DNA of 36,348 nucleotides. It comes from a virus. Positions within the stretch are counted from its first letter, which is position 1. Each line of letters starts with the position of its first letter. The stretch covers positions 1-36,348 of IMG/VR virus record IMGVR_UViG_3300009551_000036; one strand, written 5' to 3'. A program made the position numbers and the translations under genes. Shown here piece after piece: positions 23,840 to 31,489 of the stretch. The notes below the pieces were generated by a model. That model was not told where the DNA came from. It did not search any database and worked only from the letters and a program-made list of their open reading frames with translations.

Positions 23840-24235
23840 TCACACACCGTCCAATTCCTCTAACCACTTTGTCAGTTGTTCAACCTGATCAGGATCTGAG
23901 TTCCCCAGGTTCGTGTCTTTGTTCTGCAGACCCTGATCAGATTGGCCTAGGTATTGTTTACCTAGAAAGATAAGCATGGTGCATTTCCCACGACCCTGCG
24001 CTTCATTCTCAGCGACTCTCCATTGCCACCTGCGTAAACTCATCCTGCCGCCACTGGCGTGGTTTTTTATATAATCCGATAATTTCAGTCCTGTTTCTTT
24101 GGGGCACCGCTTATCGAGCGTCCTAACATCGCATTTACAGGTATAGGCGATCTCCTCCTGTGTGCATTGAATATGGGCCAGCTTCGCAACGATCTCCCAG
24201 TCAATTGGGATGGGTTTAGGACCTCGTTTTGCCAT
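23840..24235 (-). CDS. Small-terminase-like HTH DNA-binding protein (131 aa)
   Basis: N-terminal GPKPIPIDWEIVAKLAHIQCTQEEIAYTC..VRTLDKR is HTH-like. Then RMSLRRWQWRVAE...TMLIFLGKQYLGQSD resembles the conserved TerS core (..a.Iw.lKn.lGw.D), from recollection. Confidence 0.5.
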   Translation of the reverse strand: MAKRGPKPIPIDWEIVAKLAHIQCTQEEIAYTCKCDVRTLDKRCPKETGLKLSDYIKNHASGGRMSLRRWQWRVAENEAQGRGKCTMLIFLGKQYLGQSDQGLQNKDTNLGNSDPDQVEQLTKWLEELDGV

Positions 24236-24241
24236 GAGTGA

Positions 24242-24412
24242 TCACCATAACACTAGCCCAAATAAGAACGATACAGCCGCAATGAATCCGCAGATAAATA
24301 TCCCTGTCGAGCTATCGGCTAGCGTGAATAGAATAATCCCAACTCCTGCTATCAGGCAGGTCAATGCAGCGTAATCTTCAGGATGAGGATTTCTGAGACG
24401 ATTGCGGGTCAT
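24242..24412 (-). CDS. Small two-helix membrane protein (56 aa), not in the ORF track
   Basis: Hand translation: MTRNRLRNPHPEDYAALTCLIAGVGIILFTLADSSTGIFICGFIAAVSFLFGLVLW*. Confidence 0.35.
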   Translation of the reverse strand: MTRNRLRNPHPEDYAALTCLIAGVGIILFTLADSSTGIFICGFIAAVSFLFGLVLW

Positions 24413-24497
24413 TCATTTCCTTTGGCTCCGAAACCTCGACTCGCACGAGGACTACACGTCTTAACAGGACGGCGTGCTACTTTGACACTATTTCGGA

Positions 24498-24740
24498 TCA
24501 CTTCTTCTCTCTTTTCCGAACTGGAACTAGTCTCACCCGAGGATCTTGAATTTCATTGGCCATGTGTTCTGGGACCCGGCCATGATTGATCTCACGCATC
24601 ACTACCCTTTCGGCAGCTTCAATCTCACTCTGAATCGCAGCTTCGAGCGTCATCATATCGCCGATGGATAGGTTTTTCAGTTCCCAGGCGCAGATGTCTA
24701 AAATCGCTTTAGCGCGCTGTAATGGCGTTCTGGCGCTCAT
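24498..24740 (-). CDS. Hypothetical small protein (80 aa)
   Basis: ORF with a 4-nt overlap onto the upstream gene. Confidence 0.45.
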   Translation of the reverse strand: MSARTPLQRAKAILDICAWELKNLSIGDMMTLEAAIQSEIEAAERVVMREINHGRVPEHMANEIQDPRVRLVPVRKREKK

Positions 24741-24982
24741 ATCTCATTGTCCCCATACCTTCCCCCTGGTGCATCCTTAGTTGCCCATTTCTTCTGGCTT
24801 TCTGCAATCCTAGATTGATGGTGTTCCTTGGCCAGGTCCTTTTCCTTCTTAGCCTGCTGATAAAGCTCTCTCAGGCGATCTAGACCGTAGTAGGAAACCA
24901 GAGATTCGAATTCAGCTGAATCCCGTTTGCCCTGCTGAATCAATCGAAAGACATAATCAGCAAGAGTGACCCTATCCCCCAT
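24737..24982 (-). CDS. Hypothetical small protein (81 aa)
   Basis: ORF in an operon series. Confidence 0.45.
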   Translation of the reverse strand: MGDRVTLADYVFRLIQQGKRDSAEFESLVSYYGLDRLRELYQQAKKEKDLAKEHHQSRIAESQKKWATKDAPGGRYGDNEI

Positions 24983-24994
24983 TGATTCAGTCTA

Positions 24995-25819
24995 CTATAA
25001 CTTGCCTGCTTTCAAAGCTTCTAGCTGAGATTGGAGCAAAGCTTTTCGGTCATCAAAGGCATCCCTAGTCATCCCGAGGGTTGGGGAACTGATATTGCCC
25101 TTCACATCAGTCCAAGATTCCCCGTTCCCATTCCCTGAACCGATAGGTTTATTTTCCTGATTTTGCCCTCTAGAAGAATCTAATAAAGATCTAGAAGAAT
25201 CTAAGGCACTTTTTTCTTCAATGATTTCAAGTTCTTCCGTTTGATCTAACCGACGATCTGTCGGTTCGTGCCCGATACTTCGTCGGATCGATACTGACGA
25301 TTCATCGGTTTCGGACCTTCGAATCGGATGTTCGTTTTTAGAATCATTCATTGGTTTTACAAGTTTGAGATGTTTTCTGCGTTCGATAGCGTCTTGTTTA
25401 TCGATCAAAATTTGACCGAATATCTCGGGGTTTAGTCCTATGATTTCTAATCCCTTGGATCGCGTGGGTCTTCTGATGATCAGTTTCTTGTTTTGAAGGG
25501 ATTTTAATAGAGACCAAATCTTGTCCTTTTCTTTGTATCCCAAAGCATTGGATAGATCCTCGATGTAAAGTTGAGCCTCGGATGCAATGGTACGCTTTTC
25601 GTTGCGGCCCCCAATAGTCGCCAATTCGATTTCATCAAGCAGATAATTTTCCGCGGGCTTCAACTGACTTCGAAGTTCACGCCGTTTGTCGACTATGTTG
25701 AAACGGATTGCCATAAATTCTAATCCTTTTCTTTCCGGCTCAATTTTGTCAGATTCTTTTTTGTTATTTGCTGCAACTTGTGCTTGAATTTTTGCTACTG
25801 AATCGATTATTGAATGCAT
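24995..25819 (-). CDS. Putative replication initiator / winged-helix DNA-binding protein (274 aa) carrying internal iterons
   Basis: Winged-helix-like segment YIEDLSNALGYKEKDKIWSLLKSLQNKKLIIRR. The C-terminal half contains DNA direct repeats, a lambda-O-like arrangement. Lies next to the Erf recombination genes. Confidence 0.45.
   Translation of the reverse strand: MHSIIDSVAKIQAQVAANNKKESDKIEPERKGLEFMAIRFNIVDKRRELRSQLKPAENYLLDEIELATIGGRNEKRTIASEAQLYIEDLSNALGYKEKDKIWSLLKSLQNKKLIIRRPTRSKGLEIIGLNPEIFGQILIDKQDAIERRKHLKLVKPMNDSKNEHPIRRSETDESSVSIRRSIGHEPTDRRLDQTEELEIIEEKSALDSSRSLLDSSRGQNQENKPIGSGNGNGESWTDVKGNISSPTLGMTRDAFDDRKALLQSQLEALKAGKL
25169..25329. repeat. Iteron-like direct repeats (candidate origin of replication) inside the initiator gene
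   Basis: tctagaagaatctaa occurs at 25169-25183 and 25190-25204 (21-nt period). tcgg(t/a)t occurs at 25261, 25283, 25305 and 25324 (19-22-nt period). cgatact occurs at 25273 and 25289. Confidence 0.5.
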
Positions 25820-25874
25820 GCAAACAATGTCCCTTCTGTTGCAAATGGCAAAAGGTACATTTCCTAAAAGAAAC

Positions 25875-25922
25875 TAGATCAGGGGCCCAATTTGATAAAT
25901 CGTCTAAACCGGGCCCCTGATC
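25875..25922 (-). terminator. Perfect 13-bp inverted repeat (possible intrinsic terminator or protein-binding site)
   Basis: agatcaggggccc (25875-25887) pairs with gggcccctgatct (25910-25922), with a 22-nt loop. On the minus strand it is followed by AGTTTCTTTT. Confidence 0.4.
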
Positions 25923-25988
25923 TCCTTAAGCCTCTAGTTGTTGGTTCTGAAGGCAACCTATAATCGGATCGTATTCACAATTGCAAAT

Positions 25989-26498
25989 TTATTTAGCTAA
26001 AGACTTGGCAAAATGTTCAGCCAACTGATTAGTCTCTCGCTTCACAAAATCGATATCCCGGTATGTCGAGAATCGCTCAAGATTAAAATCTGTTAGCATT
26101 GGCATCGATAAATCTTTCAAGATTGCGACCATGCCAGGTTGTAAGTCGGACCAATGAGCACAATCGAATCCAAACCAGAAAAGCTCATCAGGTTCTCCAG
26201 TTAAAGGCTGATGACAAACATGCCCGACACACTTTTCACCATAAGTGAGTCCGCCATGAACATCGACGTCGACGTCATCGTAGTCTTTCCCATAATCCGG
26301 ATGATGGGGTGGTAACCCCACATATCCACACCAATGAAAATGCCGGGAATGTCTAATTGCCATGCAATTGAGACCGGCATGGTTCCATTCCACTCGGTCT
26401 GGTTCGTCTAACCAAGCACCAGGAAATTTATCTTTCAAAAGTGCTCTGGTTTCCTGGCATTCCATCAGGTGGTCATGAGTGAATTTTGGGTCGTACAT
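25989..26498 (-). CDS. Hypothetical protein (169 aa), His/Cys/Asp-rich
   Basis: HWCGYVGLPPHHPDYG..VHGGLTYGE..WFGFDCAHWSD looks like a conserved phage family of unknown function (recollection only). Confidence 0.5.
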   Translation of the reverse strand: MYDPKFTHDHLMECQETRALLKDKFPGAWLDEPDRVEWNHAGLNCMAIRHSRHFHWCGYVGLPPHHPDYGKDYDDVDVDVHGGLTYGEKCVGHVCHQPLTGEPDELFWFGFDCAHWSDLQPGMVAILKDLSMPMLTDFNLERFSTYRDIDFVKRETNQLAEHFAKSLAK

Positions 26499-26510
26499 AT
26501 TTTTATCCTC

Positions 26511-27119
26511 TTATTTCACTAAAGCCGCATTCACATTACGGGCTTTCTTATGAGCCATATCCTCTAATTCCTTTTCCAGTAATTTGCATTGCTGATCCGT
26601 TAGTTCTGAAAGCTGATTGACCTGATAGCGCTTAGGAAGAATCTCTTTATCCAGATAAATTCTAGCAATTCCTGCAGAGGATAAGAGCTTATCTAAATTT
26701 GGAATGATTTTATCAGACGCTTCTTTTCCACGACCCATAGCTCCCTCGCCATCATCCTCAGCGGGAGCGATACCGACGATTGCAGATAAAGCATAGCGCC
26801 TCATGTAGGTGATTGCGCTTCCTAAGGCTTGCGGAGTGGTCTTTTCATTCATCGGAATCGGCAATTGACTCATGACCCACTCCCCACTGGTATGCATGAG
26901 AATGGTGAGGAGAAGCAATCCTTCTGGAGTTCCCTGGATCGGTTGAGTGACTGAAAGACCATTCTTACTTAAGGGTCCACGGCAGGCATCCCAACAAGAG
27001 GCTAAATCGGCATAGCTGGATTTGAAATAAGGATTCTCCTTATCCTTGTGAGCATGCATCATCTCGCCCTGAGCTTTAGAAAGCGCATCAGCTAGCTTTG
27101 CAATTGAGTCAGACTTCAT
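26511..27119 (-). CDS. erf: ERF-family single-strand annealing recombinase (202 aa)
   Basis: IAKLADALSKAQGEMMHAHKDKENPYFKSSYADLASCWDACRGPLSKNGLSVTQ and ..QALGSAITYMRRYALSAIVGI match the hallmark Erf N-terminal domain. Confidence 0.8.
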   Translation of the reverse strand: MKSDSIAKLADALSKAQGEMMHAHKDKENPYFKSSYADLASCWDACRGPLSKNGLSVTQPIQGTPEGLLLLTILMHTSGEWVMSQLPIPMNEKTTPQALGSAITYMRRYALSAIVGIAPAEDDGEGAMGRGKEASDKIIPNLDKLLSSAGIARIYLDKEILPKRYQVNQLSELTDQQCKLLEKELEDMAHKKARNVNAALVK

Positions 27120-27355
27120 TTCTTTTTCTCCTTCTGTTTTTTAACCAACTGAGTCATTGCCTGAACGCAACGGTCAATCATGAATCGGTATTTGGGATTA
27201 GCGCGATATTCTTGCTCAAGGAGATATTCCTCATATCTCAGATACCGCTCGCTGTATGCGTGACCTCGGCTATCGACCCATGCTTTGTACTCGGCTGAGC
27301 CCATCCGGTAGGCAGTGTCTGGGTCATTCCCGTCATCGGCCATAGCTATTCTCAT
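27116..27355 (-). CDS. Hypothetical small protein (79 aa), first gene of the leftward early operon
   Basis: ORF with a 4-nt overlap onto erf. Confidence 0.45.
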   Translation of the reverse strand: MRIAMADDGNDPDTAYRMGSAEYKAWVDSRGHAYSERYLRYEEYLLEQEYRANPKYRFMIDRCVQAMTQLVKKQKEKKK

Positions 27356-27389
27356 ATCGTTCAGACATAGTGCATTATCCTATACTCGG

Positions 27390-27408
27390 GTTTAACCAAG
27401 GGTTAAAC
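27390..27408. promoter_or_regulatory. Palindromic operator candidate in the divergent control region
   Basis: GTTTAACC-aag-GGTTAAAC (8-bp arms, 3-nt spacer), between the divergent starts at 27355 and 27447. TATACT lies at 27381-27386. Confidence 0.4.
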
Positions 27409-27446
27409 ACAAATATCTCGTTGCTTTAAAGTATTGTGTGGTAGGC

Positions 27447-27707
27447 ATGAATCGTGTAATGGGTAACCGCATGTCGAGAAGCATTAGAAGTTACATTCCG
27501 GACGAAGATTATACTGATTTCATTGCATGTAAGATTTCGCCTCGTTTGAAAGAACGGGTGGATGCGATTGCTAGGCGAAACAAATGGACGACCTCAGCTG
27601 TCATCCGGGCAGGCCTTCAGAAATTCGTCGATGATGAGGATAGTGAATACCGGGCTCCCGAAAAATACCGGATGCCTAGACAAATGGATTTCTTAGCGGA
27701 GAAGTAA
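27447..27707 (+). CDS. Ribbon-helix-helix (CopG/Arc-like) regulator candidate (86 aa from ATG 27447)
   Basis: IACKISPRLKERVDAIARRNKWTTSAVIRAGLQKFV fits a beta-strand/helix/helix RHH pattern. First gene of the plus-strand operon. Confidence 0.45.
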   Translation: MNRVMGNRMSRSIRSYIPDEDYTDFIACKISPRLKERVDAIARRNKWTTSAVIRAGLQKFVDDEDSEYRAPEKYRMPRQMDFLAEK

Positions 27708-27709
27708 TT

Positions 27710-28486
27710 TTGAGTGAACCTGTCGTTTCCGTCATTCTGACTCATCAGCTAGAAGAAAATCTACCTTATCTGCAATTAGCCTTAGATAGCGTTCTTCTAA
27801 GTCAGGGAATTGAATTTGAGGTCTTTTTAGTTTCAGGACAAAAGGACAAGCCTCCTGCAATTGAGCATCAATCCAAAAATCTTCAGATCATTTGGGACCC
27901 ACAACTGGATATAGCAACAAAGAAAATAAACTATGCCCTATCCAAAATCTCCACACATTCCACGCATCTGATGCTGCTATCGGATGATGTGATCTTATCC
28001 TGGAATTCCCTCTCTCGGATGTACAATGCATTCTTAGGTCGAGAACTCATCATAGGTCCGATGAGTAATTCAGATTTCAATTCAAGATACGAAGCATCGA
28101 TTGAATTGCAATTTCCAAAAATATACCTCCGTCCCGATATGTCGCTTCAAGATTTGAAGCTCAACCACCTGGATGACTTACTCAACGTCAAACTTTTCGA
28201 TGATTCCTTAGGCAGGCTTCTCATCCCATTCCCGTGGATTTCATTTTATTGTGTCATGATGCCCAAATCCGTCTGGCAAAAAGTGGGTGGACTCGATGAG
28301 AAATTAGAATACCGCTACAACGACCAAGATTTTTGTACTCGGGCTCAGCAACTTGGAATTCCAACGGTTGTGAATTTCGCAGCTTTTGCGTTTCATTTCG
28401 GATCAAGAACGATGAAGCATTTAAAGACTCCTCAGATTGACCAGGCGGCGACAGAGCATTTTATGAAGAAGTGGAGTTTGAGATGA
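27710..28486 (+). CDS. GT2-family glycosyltransferase (258 aa, TTG start)
   Basis: VSVILTHQLEENLPYLQLALDSV (GT-A N-terminus). LMLLSDDVIL (DxD-like). Late motif GGLDEKLEYRYNDQDFCTRAQQLG. Confidence 0.6.
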   Translation: MSEPVVSVILTHQLEENLPYLQLALDSVLLSQGIEFEVFLVSGQKDKPPAIEHQSKNLQIIWDPQLDIATKKINYALSKISTHSTHLMLLSDDVILSWNSLSRMYNAFLGRELIIGPMSNSDFNSRYEASIELQFPKIYLRPDMSLQDLKLNHLDDLLNVKLFDDSLGRLLIPFPWISFYCVMMPKSVWQKVGGLDEKLEYRYNDQDFCTRAQQLGIPTVVNFAAFAFHFGSRTMKHLKTPQIDQAATEHFMKKWSLR

Positions 28487-28764
28487 ATAATTTTAAAAAC
28501 ATTAAGCCGCATCTTGAAGCGATCACAAAGATTTTATCGGAAGTGAATCGTGAAGAATTAGAATCATTACGACAAGCTGGTTTTTCAATTCGATCCTGGA
28601 ATCAGCTTATCAATTATATTAGACAGCTTGGTAAAGGTATAGGTCATCCTGTGCCCAAGAATACAATTTCGAATGTTGCTTATGATTTAGATAGGGCATT
28701 ACAGGGAGAAAATGCTCCGCCTTATTTTCAGGCTCCAAATCTTAAAAAATGGCATAAAAACTAA
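28483..28764 (+). CDS. Hypothetical protein (93 aa from ATG 28483)
   Basis: The ATG overlaps the GT2 stop (ATGA). Confidence 0.45.
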   Translation: MNNFKNIKPHLEAITKILSEVNREELESLRQAGFSIRSWNQLINYIRQLGKGIGHPVPKNTISNVAYDLDRALQGENAPPYFQAPNLKKWHKN

Positions 28765-28805
28765 TCAATAGCTAGTGGAGTTCTTCGAGATGAGAGGATG
28801 GGAAT

Positions 28806-29093
28806 ATGGATAAACCCTATGTAATAGTTAGGACTTTTTCGGCAGGAGTATTTGCGGGATTTCTTGAAAAACGAGATGGAAAAGAGGTCACGCTCACTAA
28901 TGCTAGACGGCTATGGTACTGGAAGGGTGCTGCAAGTCTCAGTCAATTGGCAATGGAAGGCGTGAAATATCCGAAAGAATGCAAATTCCCCTGCCCAGTC
29001 GATTCCGTCGTTTTGACGGAGGCCATTGAAATTTTAAATGTAACCAACGAAGCCAAAGCATCGATCGAAAGTGTACCGATATGGAAAGCATAA
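28806..29093 (+). CDS. Conserved small phage protein of unknown function (95 aa)
   Basis: VIVRTFSAGVFAGFLEKRDGKEVTLTNARRLWYWKGAASLSQLAMEG...VLTEAIEILNVTNEA...W resembles a widespread phage DUF (pattern ..tL.nAR.iwyW.ga..L..lA..G). Recollection, not verified. Confidence 0.55.
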   Translation: MDKPYVIVRTFSAGVFAGFLEKRDGKEVTLTNARRLWYWKGAASLSQLAMEGVKYPKECKFPCPVDSVVLTEAIEILNVTNEAKASIESVPIWKA

Positions 29094-29395
29094 TGGTTTC
29101 GTTTAGCGGCTGCGGTTACGGCTTCGGCGACGGTTCCGGCTATGACTCCTGTGACGGCTCAGGTGACGGCTCCGGCTACGGCTACGGCTACGGATCAGGC
29201 TACGGCTCCGGCGACGGCTACGGCGACGGCTACGGCGACGGCTACGGCTACGGCGAAGGCGACGGCTACGGCTACGGCTACGGCGAAGGCGACGGCTATG
29301 GCTCCGGCAACGGCTATGGAGACGGCTATGGAGACGGCTATGGCTATGGCAACGGCTATGGAGACGGCTATGGAGACGGCTACGGATCAGGCTAA
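29093..29395 (+). CDS. Gly-Tyr-Asp repeat protein (100 aa)
   Basis: TAATG coupling to the upstream gene. MVSFSGCGYGFGDGSGYDSCDGSGDGSGYGYGYGSGYGSGDGYGDGYGDGYGYGEGDGYGYGYGEGDGYGSGNGYGDGYGDGYGYGNGYGDGYGDGYGSG*. This is the only one of the three open frames with a start context. Confidence 0.55.
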   Translation: MVSFSGCGYGFGDGSGYDSCDGSGDGSGYGYGYGSGYGSGDGYGDGYGDGYGYGEGDGYGYGYGEGDGYGSGNGYGDGYGDGYGYGNGYGDGYGDGYGSG

Positions 29396-29515
29396 GACAT
29401 ATTTGAGGGGAATATGGAAAGCAGAATCGACTCCAGCGAAGGTTACGGCTCTGGCTATGGCGATGGATCAGGATACGGCTACGGATCAGGCTACGGCTCC
29501 GGCGACGGCAAGGGC
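29100..29515. repeat. Imperfect tandem hexanucleotide array (GGCTAC/GGCGAC/GGCTAT units) in two blocks
   Basis: Visible runs ggctacggctacggc..., gacggctatggagacggctatgg.... All three forward frames and one reverse frame stay open. Confidence 0.85.
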
Positions 29516-29518
29516 TAA
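29414..29518 (+). CDS. Second, short Gly-Tyr-Ser/Asp repeat peptide (34 aa)
   Basis: RBS GAGGGG then ATG. MESRIDSSEGYGSGYGDGSGYGYGSGYGSGDGKG*. Confidence 0.4.
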   Translation: MESRIDSSEGYGSGYGDGSGYGYGSGYGSGDGKG

Positions 29519-29529
29519 AGGGGATTCTT

Positions 29530-30543
29530 ATGGGGGAGAAAATCATTGCGCACTGCTCGAATATCACCGCGTTCGATGTTGGAAAAACTGCTTGGAATAA
29601 TCCAGAAATCTGGCAACAATACCCCGGGTCGGGATGGATATCGTATCTCGATCAATATGCGAAGCGAGAGGGCTTCCAGCTGCTATCAGGCCTGGAAGCC
29701 TTAGTTGAGATTAAGAATAAGCGCATCGATCCTTCCGACGTCTATATTGTTCAAGAGGAAGAAAATCAGATCGGCCTCAGGCTCTACATGGCTCAAGCGA
29801 AGAGGGCAGTTCTTTACTGTCTCGAATCCCCTCTTTTTGTCCCAATCTTCTATGACATACTCAATTTGGTTCGGGGAGAATTTCCGTTTCAGATGCTGTT
29901 TGGTGAATTAGGCAATATCCGGGCTTACTTTCCAAGTTATGACGAGGAGAAGGATCTTCAGGCACCTATGCCCTGGGAAGAACGAAAGGGTTTGTCAGTG
30001 ATGGTGAGCTCCAATAAGCATTATAGGAGCATGCTTCAGAACAACGATCGCCTGGGATTATCTGAGACATGGGATTATGCCTTAAGTCATCAGCTCCATG
30101 ATTTGAGATTTCAGATGATCCGGCATTTTAGGGATGAGAAAAAGGTCATGGATCTTTACGGCAGGGGATGGGCTGATGCGCCTGAAATCCCTGCAGGACA
30201 AAAGATTGAGGTTTTGAGGAATTATAAATACTGCTTTTGCATCGAGAATGTCCAAATGCCAGGTTATGTGACTGAAAAGATCATCGATGCTTTAGTCGCC
30301 GGCTGCGTTCCGATTTATGTGGGAGCGCCTGATATTAATACCTATTTGGATGATCGAGTGATGGTTCCCATTGATCCGCTTCTGAACGACCGTTTAGATC
30401 CTAATCAAGATCCTCTCTCCTTTTGTCAGGATCTGGATAGAAGCCAAAAATATTTAGGCGAGTGCGGAGGATTTAGGAAATTCAGCTATCAATCCTTTGC
30501 GCGTACCGTGCTAGATTCTGTGATCAAAGTGATGCAATCATAG
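29530..30543 (+). CDS. GT10-family fucosyltransferase (alpha-1,3/4-FucT-like, 337 aa)
   Basis: NYKYCFCIENVQMPGYVTEKIIDALVAGCVPIYVGAP closely matches the GT10 signature (H. pylori FucT: CFENTQGYGYVTEKIIDAYFSHTIPIYWG). Confidence 0.8.
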   Translation: MGEKIIAHCSNITAFDVGKTAWNNPEIWQQYPGSGWISYLDQYAKREGFQLLSGLEALVEIKNKRIDPSDVYIVQEEENQIGLRLYMAQAKRAVLYCLESPLFVPIFYDILNLVRGEFPFQMLFGELGNIRAYFPSYDEEKDLQAPMPWEERKGLSVMVSSNKHYRSMLQNNDRLGLSETWDYALSHQLHDLRFQMIRHFRDEKKVMDLYGRGWADAPEIPAGQKIEVLRNYKYCFCIENVQMPGYVTEKIIDALVAGCVPIYVGAPDINTYLDDRVMVPIDPLLNDRLDPNQDPLSFCQDLDRSQKYLGECGGFRKFSYQSFARTVLDSVIKVMQS

Positions 30544-30556
30544 GCATGGGGGAGTC

Positions 30557-31489
30557 ATGGAAAAAGACGCCAGAATCTTTGTCGCAGGGAGTACCGGATT
30601 AGTCGGTCGCGCTTTAGTCAGAAAACTAAAAGGCCAAGGCTACAGCTCAATTATCACCCGAAGCCGAGAAGGCTTAAATCTATTAGATCCCAGGGCCGTG
30701 GATGACTTTTTCTGTCGGCATTATATCGATTACGTCTTTATGGCCGCAGGCAAAGTAGGCGGCATCATGGCTAATTCCATGAGCCCCGCAGACTTTCTTT
30801 ATGAAAATGCCATGATGGCTTGCAATGTTATTTACACGGCAGATAAATATAATGTCAAAAAGCTTCTTTATCTCGGATCCTCCTGCATTTATCCTAGAGA
30901 TTGCAAACAACCGATTGAAGAGAATGACTTACTCTCAGGTCCCTTAGAGAAGACGAACGAAGGCTATGCGATTGCAAAGATTGCGGGATTAAAACTGTGT
31001 GAAGCGTATGCGAAACAAAAAGGACGTCGCTTTATTTCTTGTATGCCTTGCAATCTGTACGGTCCTCATGACAATTTTGATCTGGCTACTTCACATGTTA
31101 TCCCTGCATTAATCCATCGATTTCATATCGCAAAAAAGACCAAACAGGATTCAGTGACTCTTTGGGGAACTGGACAAGCCAAACGGGAATTCCTTCATGT
31201 CGATGACGCAGCTGAAGGCATGATTCTTCTCATGGATCACTATGAGGGACTTCAGACGGTCAATTTAGGCTCAGGACGAGAGGAAAGCATTGGATCACTC
31301 GCTTTTAAAGTGAAAGAGGCTACCGGGTATTCAGGGGGCATCGACTATGATCGATCCAAGCCTGATGGCACGCCCAGAAAGATTATGACCTCAGATAAGA
31401 TGAGAAGCTTGGGGTTTCAACCTAAGATCAGTCTTCAAGAGGGACTGAATCAGACTTATCGATGGGCAATTGAGAATGAGGCTATTTAG
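30557..31489 (+). CDS. fcl: GDP-L-fucose synthase (GDP-4-keto-6-deoxymannose 3,5-epimerase/4-reductase)
   Basis: Collinear with E. coli Fcl: IFVAGSTGLVG..LNLLD.RAV.DFF....IDYVF.AA.KVGGI.AN...PADF.Y.N.M......I..A....V.KLL.LGSSCIYP....QP..E..LL.G.LE.TNE.YAIAKIAG.KLCE.Y......R.....P.NLYGPHDNF....SHVIPAL..RFH...WG.G...REFLHVDD.A...SKPDGTPRK. Confidence 0.9.
   Translation: MEKDARIFVAGSTGLVGRALVRKLKGQGYSSIITRSREGLNLLDPRAVDDFFCRHYIDYVFMAAGKVGGIMANSMSPADFLYENAMMACNVIYTADKYNVKKLLYLGSSCIYPRDCKQPIEENDLLSGPLEKTNEGYAIAKIAGLKLCEAYAKQKGRRFISCMPCNLYGPHDNFDLATSHVIPALIHRFHIAKKTKQDSVTLWGTGQAKREFLHVDDAAEGMILLMDHYEGLQTVNLGSGREESIGSLAFKVKEATGYSGGIDYDRSKPDGTPRKIMTSDKMRSLGFQPKISLQEGLNQTYRWAIENEAI

Noticed and set aside
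23730-23860. Repeated 3' ends GAGGAATTGGA(C/T)..GGTGTGA, giving ...EELDGV* and ...EELDSV* on two adjacent ORFs (the second a 37-codon Cys-rich ORF at 23730..23843)
   Set aside because: The similarity is only about 20 nt and the small ORF has a GTG start and no RBS. It could be a small local duplication, but the evidence is too thin for a feature.
29100-29515. Possible CRISPR array
   Set aside because: Repeat units are 6-18 nt, contiguous and without unique spacers. The array is coding and no cas genes are present.
29103-29600. Arg/Ser-rich minus-strand ORF (154 aa) and Ala/Thr-rich plus-strand ORF (152 aa) over the hexanucleotide array
   Set aside because: A period-3/6 repeat without stop triplets opens several frames at once. 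Only the Gly-Tyr-Asp frame has a coupled ATG or an RBS.
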